From sequence record OZ413489.1: a DNA stretch of 64,000 bases. One strand, given 5' to 3'. Below, one piece after another: positions 40,005 to 47,986 of this stretch. How positions within the stretch are numbered: the stretch's first letter is position 1; each line of letters opens with the position of its first letter. Made by a program: the position numbers and the translations under genes. This DNA comes from a phage. The notes beneath the pieces were generated by a model. It saw nothing but the letters and a program-made list of their open reading frames with translations, had not been told where the DNA came from and did no database searches.

Positions 40005-40250
40005 ATGACTGAAGCAGTTGCTCGCGCAGGACAGAAAGTACGTTGTGTTGAAGTAGGTTTTGGTGGCAAAGGGTGTCAAAACTTGACTCAAGGTAAGGAA
40101 TACGCTGTTATCTCTGGGGGTGGAGACGAAAGTATTGTGTTCGAGGGCCACATCCTGGATGCTGAAAACTTTGAAATCTTTGACGACGATGGGGACCCGA
40201 TCACCTGCCTGCTGGACGGGAATTGGGGAACTTTCGAAGTGATTGGCTAA
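40005..40250 (+). CDS. Small protein, KDD-G-x-W paralogue family
   Basis: 81 aa; RBS caggagac; motif FDDDGDPITC. Confidence 0.5.
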   Translation: MTEAVARAGQKVRCVEVGFGGKGCQNLTQGKEYAVISGGGDESIVFEGHILDAENFEIFDDDGDPITCLLDGNWGTFEVIG

Positions 40251-40333
40251 CAAATACCTATTGTAATTTACAGAAGGGGATGCTAAAATAGTGTCTCCTT
40301 CTATGTTGTTCAAATAAAATCGGAGATTCCATA

Positions 40334-40699
40334 ATGGAACAAATGAACGATCAAGCGTCGGTTGCGATGAACGAGCAAGAACAACCTCAAGAATTTTTCT
40401 TAGGGTTAAGTAAAGATCAAGTGTCTCTTCTGCTAGTGCTTTCTTCTTTCATGGGAAGACTTCAGGAGCTTACACAACAGCCAGAGGCTGAACAATTATT
40501 CCAGGCTCTGCGTGAAGAAGAAAAATATCGTCGTTTGGACTATGCCTTAGGTTGGGTAGCTCAACAACGAGATATGCTGATGGCCCTCTCTGGGACCACA
40601 AGTTTTGCAATGGGCCTGTTGGCTCAAGTTCAGGACAAATTAATTCAAGCAGGGTTTGCACACACGGCAAACACTAACGAAGAACAAGGAGATAAATAA
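40334..40699 (+). CDS. Hypothetical helical protein
   Basis: 121 aa; RBS ggagatt; stop overlaps the next ATG. Confidence 0.45.
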   Translation: MEQMNDQASVAMNEQEQPQEFFLGLSKDQVSLLLVLSSFMGRLQELTQQPEAEQLFQALREEEKYRRLDYALGWVAQQRDMLMALSGTTSFAMGLLAQVQDKLIQAGFAHTANTNEEQGDK

Positions 40700-41925
40700 T
40701 GAGCGTTATTCAACAATTCGCTAACCCGATGAATCCGCGTGAAACTGTTTTACTAGCTCACGGCATGATTAAACGTGTCAGCATCAAGCCTATCAAAGGT
40801 GCTGATCCTACAACAGGTATTAAAACCACTGTGTGGCAAGGTAAGAAAATTGAATCCAGCCACACCATCTCTTTACTGATTTCTGAACTGGATTCCTCTG
40901 ATAACCTACTTCAAGGTGGTGAAGAAGTTTGGATCAGTATGGGCGATAAGCTGCTTAAACCAGGTCATCAAGACTCTGTCTCTGTTAAAATTGATGACAA
41001 GTGGGAAACCGTAACGCCAGGATGGATCGTAAATATCCCTTTGAAGGCAAACGAGCATAACGGTAAGACCTACTACAAAGGCTCACTGGCTAAGATGGTT
41101 AAGCTGGGTGCAGGAGAGGCTCCAGCAGCGACTCAGCAGCAAAAACAGCAACAAGGTGCACAATCACAAGGCCAGAAGCAGAAACCTCAGCAGAATGCCA
41201 ATCAGGACGTTTTACGCATCTATGGTGATGTGACTCAGATTGTTGGCAACGTGGTTACTGTTAATGACCACAAGATTGGCGAAGGTGCTATGGTTGTCAC
41301 TGATGAGCAGCTTAAAGACCTGGTGGTAGGTGGTCGTGTTGCAGCCATTGTTGACAAAGACACCGGAAACATTATCAGTGGCTTCAAGGCCTATCCTCCT
41401 AAGGCAGAGAACGGCACTCAAGGCTCTGGTGGCAAGCGTAAATCCTCTTACGACCCTATCGGTGTGGAGACGGGACATAGCATCAATGCGTTGCAGATCA
41501 TCCTGGATCGCGGGTTTAAGGTGGACGACCCACTAGGCGTGGCTAAAACACTGCACGTAGTCACCATTGAGCTTAAGAAAGAGTATGCTCAAGCCACCAA
41601 CCGAACTGAAGATGAAGTAGGTGCCAGTGTCGGCAATGCGGTGTTGAACGCTTGTCGCCGTATTGACAAGAAAACGAAAGTTGATGATTTTGCAGCGGCA
41701 ATTACTGCAGAAGCAAAAGATGTCTTGACTAATCTGGCTGAGCCGTTGTACGATTGGATCAAGAACGGTGCTGGGTCCACTGACCATCAAGAACCTCAAG
41801 CTGCCAAACAGGAAGCAGCTCCACAGCAAAACACTGTAGACGCTCCTCCTGTAAATGACGAGGAAGATGACCCGATGGATCAGAATCCAGCACAGTATGA
41901 GTTCGATGACTCGATCCCTTTCTGA
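40699..41925 (+). CDS. Single-stranded DNA-binding protein-like
   Basis: 408 aa; Q-rich low-complexity linker (QQQKQQQGAQSQGQKQKPQQ) and an acidic C-terminal tip ...YEFDDSIPF resembling the SSB C-terminal interaction motif (DDDIPF). Confidence 0.55.
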   Translation: MSVIQQFANPMNPRETVLLAHGMIKRVSIKPIKGADPTTGIKTTVWQGKKIESSHTISLLISELDSSDNLLQGGEEVWISMGDKLLKPGHQDSVSVKIDDKWETVTPGWIVNIPLKANEHNGKTYYKGSLAKMVKLGAGEAPAATQQQKQQQGAQSQGQKQKPQQNANQDVLRIYGDVTQIVGNVVTVNDHKIGEGAMVVTDEQLKDLVVGGRVAAIVDKDTGNIISGFKAYPPKAENGTQGSGGKRKSSYDPIGVETGHSINALQIILDRGFKVDDPLGVAKTLHVVTIELKKEYAQATNRTEDEVGASVGNAVLNACRRIDKKTKVDDFAAAITAEAKDVLTNLAEPLYDWIKNGAGSTDHQEPQAAKQEAAPQQNTVDAPPVNDEEDDPMDQNPAQYEFDDSIPF

Positions 41926-41933
41926 GGTCAGTT

Positions 41934-42512
41934 ATGAAATGCAAACGTTGTGGAGAGGACAAGGAGGCCTCCGACTTCTACACCAGTAACAAATCAACGT
42001 GCAAAGAGTGTTGCAAGAAGGCCAGCAGGGAGGCTGACCAATTTGCTAAAGACTCTTCAGAAAAAGGTGTAATACGTGTGTTGTACAAGGCTCAAAAGTG
42101 CAACAGCAAGCAAAGAGGTCACCCTCCTCCGACTTACACCAAAAAAGAGTTTAAGGAGTGGCTATACCTTAACGGTTACAAAGAGTTGTATGATCAGTGG
42201 GTAGCCAGCGGATACGACAAAAGGAAAAAGCCTTCTTGTGACAGGATAGATGATTTCAAAGGGTACTCTTTTGATAATATCCGTTTAACGACTTGGGGAG
42301 AAAATAAAGACAAGCAGACAGAGGATATTCTGTTACATAGAAGCACCAGCGGTAGACGGTGCAAAAATGTAAGGAGGTTGGACATGAATGGTAACGTTCT
42401 TAAAGAATGGGTATCTCACAACTCTTGTAGCAGAGAAACCGGAATATATATTGGTTACTACATTCATGAAAAAATTCCAGCTCCAGATGGATACTTATAC
42501 GAATACTTTTAA
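41934..42512 (+). CDS. HNH-family homing endonuclease
   Basis: 192 aa; N-terminal CxxC...F...CxxCC zinc motif (KCKRCGEDKEASDFY...CKECCK) and an HNH-like core (SCDRIDDFKGYSFDNIRLTTWGEN). Confidence 0.6.
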   Translation: MKCKRCGEDKEASDFYTSNKSTCKECCKKASREADQFAKDSSEKGVIRVLYKAQKCNSKQRGHPPPTYTKKEFKEWLYLNGYKELYDQWVASGYDKRKKPSCDRIDDFKGYSFDNIRLTTWGENKDKQTEDILLHRSTSGRRCKNVRRLDMNGNVLKEWVSHNSCSRETGIYIGYYIHEKIPAPDGYLYEYF

Positions 42513-42527
42513 CACATAACTAACATA

Positions 42528-42556
42528 GCCCTGCCCGAAAGGGTGGGGCATTTTTG
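42528..42556 (+). terminator. Rho-independent terminator (repeated hairpin, copy 2)
   Basis: gccctgcccgaaagggtggggc + atttttgtat; same hairpin as at 31531. Confidence 0.65.
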
Positions 42557-42574
42557 TATAAGGAGATCTGAAAA

Positions 42575-42991
42575 ATGACATTAGAAGATATCATTGTTAA
42601 ACCTGAGAACTATGACCAATACAACCTGTCAACTCAATCTGTAGACCTTGGATGCGCCACAGTTAGTGCGTGGCTGGTTAATGGAAAAGAGCTGGACAAG
42701 TGCTTAGAAGCTCACATGTCTGTTAACAAGTTTCTGGATGAAAATACTCACTGGCTTGAGGGTGCTGGAGTATATGCTTCATGGTTGGAGAGCATGGGCT
42801 TTGACTATCAATCTGATGAAGGGTGGTGGAGCTATCTGGCTATCTGTCCAGAAACACTGCAATGCTTCATGAAATACTCTGAAGATCTTGAGTACCGAGC
42901 GGTGGTTGATAGTGCTATTGCCCGTTATAGCCGTAAACCTTTTTCCCATGACATTAAAACTGTGGAAGAATTTGTTGAAGTTTTCTGTTGA
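42575..42991 (+). CDS. Hypothetical protein
   Basis: 138 aa; RBS taaggagatc. Confidence 0.5.
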   Translation: MTLEDIIVKPENYDQYNLSTQSVDLGCATVSAWLVNGKELDKCLEAHMSVNKFLDENTHWLEGAGVYASWLESMGFDYQSDEGWWSYLAICPETLQCFMKYSEDLEYRAVVDSAIARYSRKPFSHDIKTVEEFVEVFC

Positions 42992-43087
42992 CACAGGTTG
43001 AAAGGTGTGCAATTATAACTTCATAAAACGGGAGGACGCGATGAACGAAGAAAACTGGGATGTATAACTAACAGGAGACCACTGCCC

Positions 43088-43285
43088 ATGATTTATCGAA
43101 TCCGTGTAAGAGAAGATGCACCAGGCTGTTACTTTGACTGGCGTGGGTGGTGGTTTCTCCACCCGATGGATGGACTCACAGATAGAATGCTGGATGCTGC
43201 CCTTTATACAGATACCGACATAGAATATAATCTTTATCTGAAGGACGGTATAGATAACGGCCTATTTGAAGCAATTCCTGTGTAA
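43088..43285 (+). CDS. Hypothetical small protein
   Basis: 65 aa; RBS caggagacc. Confidence 0.45.
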   Translation: MIYRIRVREDAPGCYFDWRGWWFLHPMDGLTDRMLDAALYTDTDIEYNLYLKDGIDNGLFEAIPV

Positions 43286-43353
43286 GAGACTGCGATAGCC
43301 ATGTTTTATGATCTTCCTGTAGCACCACCACCTATTGAACCCGGAGAACCAAG

Positions 43354-43773
43354 ATGATCTATGAAATGCCAAAATTGATCCGTGACGATGCCCAAAACCA
43401 CACCATTATTATGGGTAAACGCATGAATATCCTTTGCCGTAACGATTTCTGTGGTGGAGAATACGTTGCAGACTACTTCGGTGAGAATGGTAAACACCCT
43501 GTTCAGTTCTTCCTTGACCATGAGGATAACATTATCTGGGAGTTTGAAACTGAAGATATCCGCAACCTCTTCATCTTCCTCGGTGTCAAGGTTAAGGCCA
43601 ATTTCGCAGAAGGTGAGTGCGACGATTGTGGATTTTATGAGGTGACAGACTTTTATCTCCCGAGTGGCAAGAACCTTTACTATGAGAGTCACTTCGGAAA
43701 CACCAACATGCCTCAAAGCTGGGAAGAATTTTTCAGTATCGTAGAAGAGGAGCTGGCATACCGTGATTATTGA
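43354..43773 (+). CDS. Hypothetical Cys-containing protein (coupled to macro-domain gene)
   Basis: 139 aa; RBS ggagaacc; Cys pairs (CRNDFC, CDDC); 3' end overlaps the macro-domain start. Confidence 0.5.
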   Translation: MIYEMPKLIRDDAQNHTIIMGKRMNILCRNDFCGGEYVADYFGENGKHPVQFFLDHEDNIIWEFETEDIRNLFIFLGVKVKANFAEGECDDCGFYEVTDFYLPSGKNLYYESHFGNTNMPQSWEEFFSIVEEELAYRDY

Positions 43774-44221
43774 TACTGTAAAGGGAGATTTAATCTCCCT
43801 TTTTAAGAGCGGTGCTGGTCACCTGATCCACGGTTGTAACTGCTTCCACACAATGGGTAAAGGTATAGCAAAACAGATTGCCCGTGAGTTCCCTCAAGCA
43901 TTGGCAGCCGACAAAGAGACGAGACACGGTTGCCTAAGTAAACTGGGTGCGTTCTCCCGATGGGAGCACTTATCTCCGATAGGTATTGTCTACGGAATCA
44001 ATCTGTATACTCAGTTCTACCCAGGGCCTAATGCTGAATATTTCTCAATCCTGAAAGGCTTTGAGCTAGTCAATGAGGTATTCAAGGGATCGACTTTACC
44101 ATTCTACATCCCTAAGATCGGGTGCGGCATAGGCGGTTTGAAGTGGGAGCACGTAGAGGACGTTATTAACCTCGCCACTTTTGATATAGATATTATCGTG
44201 GTGGAGTACAAAGAGTGTTGA
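43763..44221 (+). CDS. Macro-domain (ADP-ribose-binding/processing) protein
   Basis: 152 aa; GTG start overlapping the upstream gene; macro signatures HGCNCFHTMGKGIA and IPKIGCGIGGL. Confidence 0.65.
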   Translation: MIIDTVKGDLISLFKSGAGHLIHGCNCFHTMGKGIAKQIAREFPQALAADKETRHGCLSKLGAFSRWEHLSPIGIVYGINLYTQFYPGPNAEYFSILKGFELVNEVFKGSTLPFYIPKIGCGIGGLKWEHVEDVINLATFDIDIIVVEYKEC

Positions 44222-44246
44222 CAGCTGGCTTTTGAGATGGTATAGT
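44218..44246 (+). promoter_or_regulatory. sigma70-type promoter
   Basis: TTGACA-17 bp-TATAGT overlapping the macro gene stop. Confidence 0.5.
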
Positions 44247-44274
44247 CACCACAACGATTGAGAGAGGGAGCACT

Positions 44275-44475
44275 ATGGAGACTAAAATCTTAATTCTGGC
44301 TGTGATAGATACGACCGAAGGGGCCGTGTTCGAATCTGCAGGAGGGTATTTCTACCTGCCCTACGGAAAAAGAACTTCCGAACCGAGTAAAGATTCAATC
44401 CTTAAAGTGTTCCCTTGTGCTTTCTGGCTGGAGATTCTGGTAGAAGATTGCAGAGGATTGGGGAGAGAATTATGA
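44275..44475 (+). CDS. Hypothetical small protein
   Basis: 66 aa; RBS gagggag. Confidence 0.45.
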   Translation: METKILILAVIDTTEGAVFESAGGYFYLPYGKRTSEPSKDSILKVFPCAFWLEILVEDCRGLGREL

Positions 44476-44666
44476 GAAACAAGAAAGAGCTTTACTCTGG
44501 CGAGTGGATCAACGATCAACAGGTCGGAGAGGTAACCTGCTTCCGATGTTTTACCAGGTACAATCTTAAAACTGCACCAAAAAGTGTTCCAAAGACTGAT
44601 GGTTATTATATAAAAGAACCTCATTGCCCAAAATGTAAATGCCGATTGTACTGGAGCAATCTGTAA
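44472..44666 (+). CDS. Small zinc-ribbon protein
   Basis: Track ORF from 44415; ATG at 44472 with RBS ggggagag and ATGA coupling; CxxC...CxxC (CFRC, CPKC). Confidence 0.45.
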   Translation: MRNKKELYSGEWINDQQVGEVTCFRCFTRYNLKTAPKSVPKTDGYYIKEPHCPKCKCRLYWSNL

Positions 44667-44670
44667 GAGG

Positions 44671-44698
44671 TTGACATCTGAAAACTGCAGTGTATAAT
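44671..44698 (+). promoter_or_regulatory. sigma70-type promoter (extended -10)
   Basis: TTGACA-16 bp-TGtTATAAT. Confidence 0.55.
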
Positions 44699-44729
44699 AT
44701 ACGCATAAACTAACAGAGAGCGATGTATT

Positions 44730-44921
44730 ATGGTAATTTTTAACCGGGATGGTATCATAGTTAGACAGCACCCGTTCCTTGAATACTATCAAATTGAGCA
44801 ATGGTGCTACGGGGATTGCAGTCACTCCTATGGGCAAAGTTGGGGATACCGTACAGTTTTTGAATCCACAGACCTTGACAAAGTAAGACAGAAAGTTTTA
44901 GAACTTATTAACAACAAGTGA
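44730..44921 (+). CDS. Hypothetical small protein
   Basis: 63 aa ORF downstream of the promoter. Confidence 0.4.
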   Translation: MVIFNRDGIIVRQHPFLEYYQIEQWCYGDCSHSYGQSWGYRTVFESTDLDKVRQKVLELINNK

Positions 44922-44928
44922 GTATGAT

Positions 44929-45261
44929 ATGGTAACATTAGAAAGACGTAAAGCTATTGCCGCCACACTGGCAGACATCTTTTGGGATTGTAATTTAAAA
45001 TCTACCCGAAATTGTGGCGCATCTGTAGATGTATTATTCCCACGGCCTACTATTGTTGCAATGGGCAACCTTCTTGATGTGGTATATGGAGCATGGGACA
45101 AGGAAGGTGGATTCTATATCTGGCAACCTGACTACGGGACTTGGAAAGAGGTTAGTGGTTCTACGGACTTCACTCCTGCAGTGGCTAAAATGGATGGCTG
45201 GAAAATCTATGTCGGTAACGACATGGAACTGAAAGGCGAAATTGTTTACTGGTTACCTTAA
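44929..45261 (+). CDS. Hypothetical protein
   Basis: 110 aa. Confidence 0.45.
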   Translation: MVTLERRKAIAATLADIFWDCNLKSTRNCGASVDVLFPRPTIVAMGNLLDVVYGAWDKEGGFYIWQPDYGTWKEVSGSTDFTPAVAKMDGWKIYVGNDMELKGEIVYWLP

Positions 45262-45282
45262 GAGAATGCAGGAGATAAAGTT

Positions 45283-45528
45283 ATGAACAAAGGGTGGACA
45301 TTTGTAGACGGCGTTAAAAACATGCCTCTAGGAAAGTATATTGTAGCCATGGCTGATGAGGATGGCAATGTGGATTTCGGAGCTTGCGAGGTTGTTCTTG
45401 CAGGATCTGGTAACTATGTGGACAAAACCGGGATAATTAACGGTCAGTTCTACTTTGATCACAACCCTGTTGTAGCGTATATGGCTATGCCAGAGTTTAA
45501 GTTCCCAAAGGATGGTGCTGATGTTTAA
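45283..45528 (+). CDS. Hypothetical protein
   Basis: 81 aa; RBS caggagat. Confidence 0.45.
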   Translation: MNKGWTFVDGVKNMPLGKYIVAMADEDGNVDFGACEVVLAGSGNYVDKTGIINGQFYFDHNPVVAYMAMPEFKFPKDGADV

Positions 45529-45718
45529 GCTTAAATCCGCATGGAGCATTGCTGTGGGTGATGAGATCCGTATCCCCGGTGGGAAGACCATTATGAAGAT
45601 ATCTCGTATTGAGTACGAAGGTGACCGTGTATTCCACATCTTCGCAGAAGATGGTCGAGAAATTTATATACAGGCAGGTTCTCACATTTATATCCGTAAG
45701 AAAGGGGACGACAAATGA
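45512..45718 (+). CDS. Hypothetical small protein
   Basis: 68 aa; overlaps neighbours at both ends. Confidence 0.4.
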   Translation: MVLMFKLKSAWSIAVGDEIRIPGGKTIMKISRIEYEGDRVFHIFAEDGREIYIQAGSHIYIRKKGDDK

Positions 45719-46044
45719 CAGAAATCATCATTTCAACTGCAGGGTATGTGTTCCTGACAATCATTGCACTGACTATTTTGGTGACAGTGTATGGGTTTGT
45801 TATCCTTCCTATCCTTGAGACATTTAGTTTGTGTCGGTGTTGGAGAAAAGCTTACGGTCCACAACCATGGAAGGACTGGCCCCACCTGGTGCGCTTAGCG
45901 TTCTCTTATGCTTACGATCACTCCAGTAGTGCATGCATAACCGGATACCACGCCCACAACTGGAGCTGGGAAGGGTTGAGGAAATGGAATGTTACAAAGA
46001 CCATACCTCTGCGCATGTACAAACCTAAAAACAAAGACAACTGA
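45715..46044 (+). CDS. Membrane protein
   Basis: 109 aa; N-terminal hydrophobic helix (GYVFLTIIALTILVTVYGFVILPIL). Confidence 0.5.
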   Translation: MTEIIISTAGYVFLTIIALTILVTVYGFVILPILETFSLCRCWRKAYGPQPWKDWPHLVRLAFSYAYDHSSSACITGYHAHNWSWEGLRKWNVTKTIPLRMYKPKNKDN

Positions 46045-46079
46045 TACTTGAAAATTCTTGGCATATCAAGTATAAGGGG

Positions 46080-46560
46080 GATTTCTAAAATGGATTTCCT
46101 CCTTTTGATATTTCACCGGGCCGGATATTTTAAAATTCTTAGAAAATCAGAAAATGGATCGAAAACTAAAATGGATTTTTCAGAGTAGGCGCGACAAGCT
46201 GAATAACTCATCCTATCGTTTGCACCATATTCCAGGCCACCATTATAGATTTCCCACACATGCTAACCTCCCTCTACTAGAACTTCCTCCACTTACCCTT
46301 GACCTTCTATGGTAACAATCTAACCGCTATCTTGAAGTTGCTGTGCAGCTTTCCAGGTACTCGATCTACTTTTCATTTCAGGGCTTGGATTTTCTGAAAA
46401 TTTTTCTCGATAAATTTCTCAGTACTCGATCTGTTTTTCGTTTTCTGAATCGGATTTTCTGGAAATCGTTCCGGCTCTCGACCTGAAATTTTTGGGGACG
46501 AAATCGATTTTTCGTTTTCAGAAATGGATTTTTAAAATTTCTATATGGGAATATTTTATG
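46080..46560. repeat. Iteron-rich AT-rich non-coding region (candidate origin / protein-binding array)
   Basis: Repeated words: aaaatggat(t/c) x4, gtactcgatct x2, ggattttctg(a/g)aaat x2, tttcgttttc x2; no convincing ORF. Confidence 0.5.
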
Positions 46561-46646
46561 GGATACTGTTTTATAGGAAATTGTTACGGAGGGTAATTAG
46601 CGTGCTAATTAAATTTATTAAATGCGAGGAGTTCTCATTTAGAATT

Positions 46647-46665
46647 TTGAATGATAATCATTCTC
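46647..46665. promoter_or_regulatory. Fur-box-like operator, copy A
   Basis: ttgAATGATAATCATTcTC: 15/19 to the Fur consensus GATAATGATAATCATTATC (15/16 over the core). Confidence 0.5.
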
Positions 46666-46677
46666 GTTTGCAGAATA

Positions 46678-46722
46678 ACGGGCAGGCCCGGTGATTGTCT
46701 CCCGGCCCCTACTGCCCCGGCT
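46678..46722 (+). other. Conserved hairpin element, copy A (core ggcaggcccggtgattgtctccc)
   Basis: GGGCAG-GCCCGG-loop-CCGGCCC-CTGCCC hairpin followed by ttgttatt; the 23-nt core recurs at 46822 and, inverted, at 54121. Confidence 0.4.
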
Positions 46723-46782
46723 TGTTATTATAGTATCACACAGGACAAAGAAAGCAAGGATTTTTTGCATAAATTTTTAAAT

Positions 46783-46801
46783 GATAATGATAACCGTTCT
46801 C
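46783..46801. promoter_or_regulatory. Fur-box-like operator, copy B
   Basis: GATAATGATAAcCgTTcTC: 16/19 to the Fur consensus; TTGCAT lies 16 bp upstream. Confidence 0.5.
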
Positions 46802-46807
46802 ATTTTA

Positions 46808-46858
46808 TGCAGCGCCCATCCCCGGTGGTTGTCTCCCCCGTCACCGGTGCCTGCCGTC
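46808..46858 (+). other. Conserved hairpin element, copy B (core ccggtggttgtctccc)
   Basis: CCGGTG...CACCGG stem around the loop gttgtctccccc; same core motif as copy A. Confidence 0.4.
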
Positions 46859-47060
46859 CTTTCGATAGGTATATCGTGCCACCTGGCGGGGCCGCTGTCA
46901 ACACTTTTCAAAAAATTTTTCTAACCTGATGCGCTAACCGCTGCAACCTGGCGGGGTCAGCCTGGCAGGACCTAACTGACCGGGTAGGAGAGAATGAAGG
47001 CTTGTAAACCTGGTGGGCCTATGCTACAGGATAGGTAACAATTGAAGAGGAGGTACAAAA

Positions 47061-47228
47061 ATGAAAGGTAATATGATCCCCCTAGAAAATGTAGCTATTA
47101 ATGACGCTGAGGCTATCGCCCTGGTTGAAAAGGCTATGGCGGGAGCGTTGGAACATAAAGAAGAGTACGAAAAATGGTGGTTAACCTGGCGGGGGCGGCA
47201 GGTGGATTCTATCATAAAAATAATTTAA
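47061..47228 (+). CDS. Small hypothetical protein (55 aa)
   Basis: Strong RBS gaagaggaggt, 7 nt before the ATG; not in the >=60 aa track. Confidence 0.45.
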   Translation: MKGNMIPLENVAINDAEAIALVEKAMAGALEHKEEYEKWWLTWRGRQVDSIIKII

Positions 47229-47235
47229 AATAGTC

Positions 47236-47265
47236 GTTGACAACAAGGTTAATCATGGTATTATT
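47236..47265 (+). promoter_or_regulatory. sigma70-type promoter
   Basis: TTGACA-17 bp-ATTATT (or TATTAT at an 18-bp spacer). Confidence 0.5.
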
Positions 47266-47314
47266 ACCCTACAAGGTGAACAACACCGCACTAACCAGTA
47301 AAGAGGATAAATTT

Positions 47315-47512
47315 ATGAACGCATACGGGATCAAAGTACGTCGCAACACTCGCCAGGTGGTCACCAATCAAGTGATTTGCCGGGTGGATGTAACCATCAA
47401 CAACGGGCAAGGCCTTTATAAATTTCGTCGCGGTCATAGCTATACCCTGCAACAGCTTAATCGTTGCGCCCTGACAAAAGGTCAGATCAACCATTGGTTT
47501 AATAAAAAATAA
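47315..47512 (+). CDS. Hypothetical small basic protein
   Basis: Track ORF 47237-47512 begins inside the promoter; ATG at 47315 with RBS aaagaggat. Confidence 0.45.
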   Translation: MNAYGIKVRRNTRQVVTNQVICRVDVTINNGQGLYKFRRGHSYTLQQLNRCALTKGQINHWFNKK

Positions 47513-47515
47513 GTA

Positions 47516-47544
47516 TTGACATACAGTCCGACACCAAATACACT
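47516..47544 (+). promoter_or_regulatory. sigma70-type promoter
   Basis: TTGACA-17 bp-TACACT. Confidence 0.5.
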
Positions 47545-47576
47545 AAAAGCACAAAAGACACTAAGAGGATAAAATC

Positions 47577-47975
47577 ATGAAAACCACTACCTTTAATTTT
47601 GATAATGCAGACTTTTCTTTTTCTGATGTCAAGAACTGCCGCCGTGATCGTGGATTTTACAAGGCTTATAATCTGGTGGGCCTGGACGATGACAATAATT
47701 TGCACGAAGTAGCTGAGATCCGGTATTATGCCGCCGCCAGCGGTAACACTAACTACTGCGTTTTTTGGATACACGACAACAAGAACAATAAGTACGGTTA
47801 TACTGGTGGCAAGGCTAGCGGTCACGGTTATGATAAAGCCAACGCTGCACTTGAAAGCGCATTAAATGCCATGGGAATCACTGCCGACGGCTGGATCTAT
47901 GAAGAAGAGTTTTTGGCGGCACTTGCTGCCCACCTGGGCTATAAAAAGCACATTGTAACATGCGCCCACGAATAA
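47577..47975 (+). CDS. Hypothetical protein
   Basis: 132 aa; RBS taagaggat. Confidence 0.5.
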   Translation: MKTTTFNFDNADFSFSDVKNCRRDRGFYKAYNLVGLDDDNNLHEVAEIRYYAAASGNTNYCVFWIHDNKNNKYGYTGGKASGHGYDKANAALESALNAMGITADGWIYEEEFLAALAAHLGYKKHIVTCAHE

Positions 47976-47986
47976 AAAAAAAATTA

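Noticed and set aside
46651-46929. 92-aa ORF in the track (plus strand) covering both Fur-box hairpin elements
   Set aside because: Its sequence is the translation of two repeat copies (TGRPGDCLP recurs in the ORF at 53937-54197); no RBS; sits in a non-coding island.
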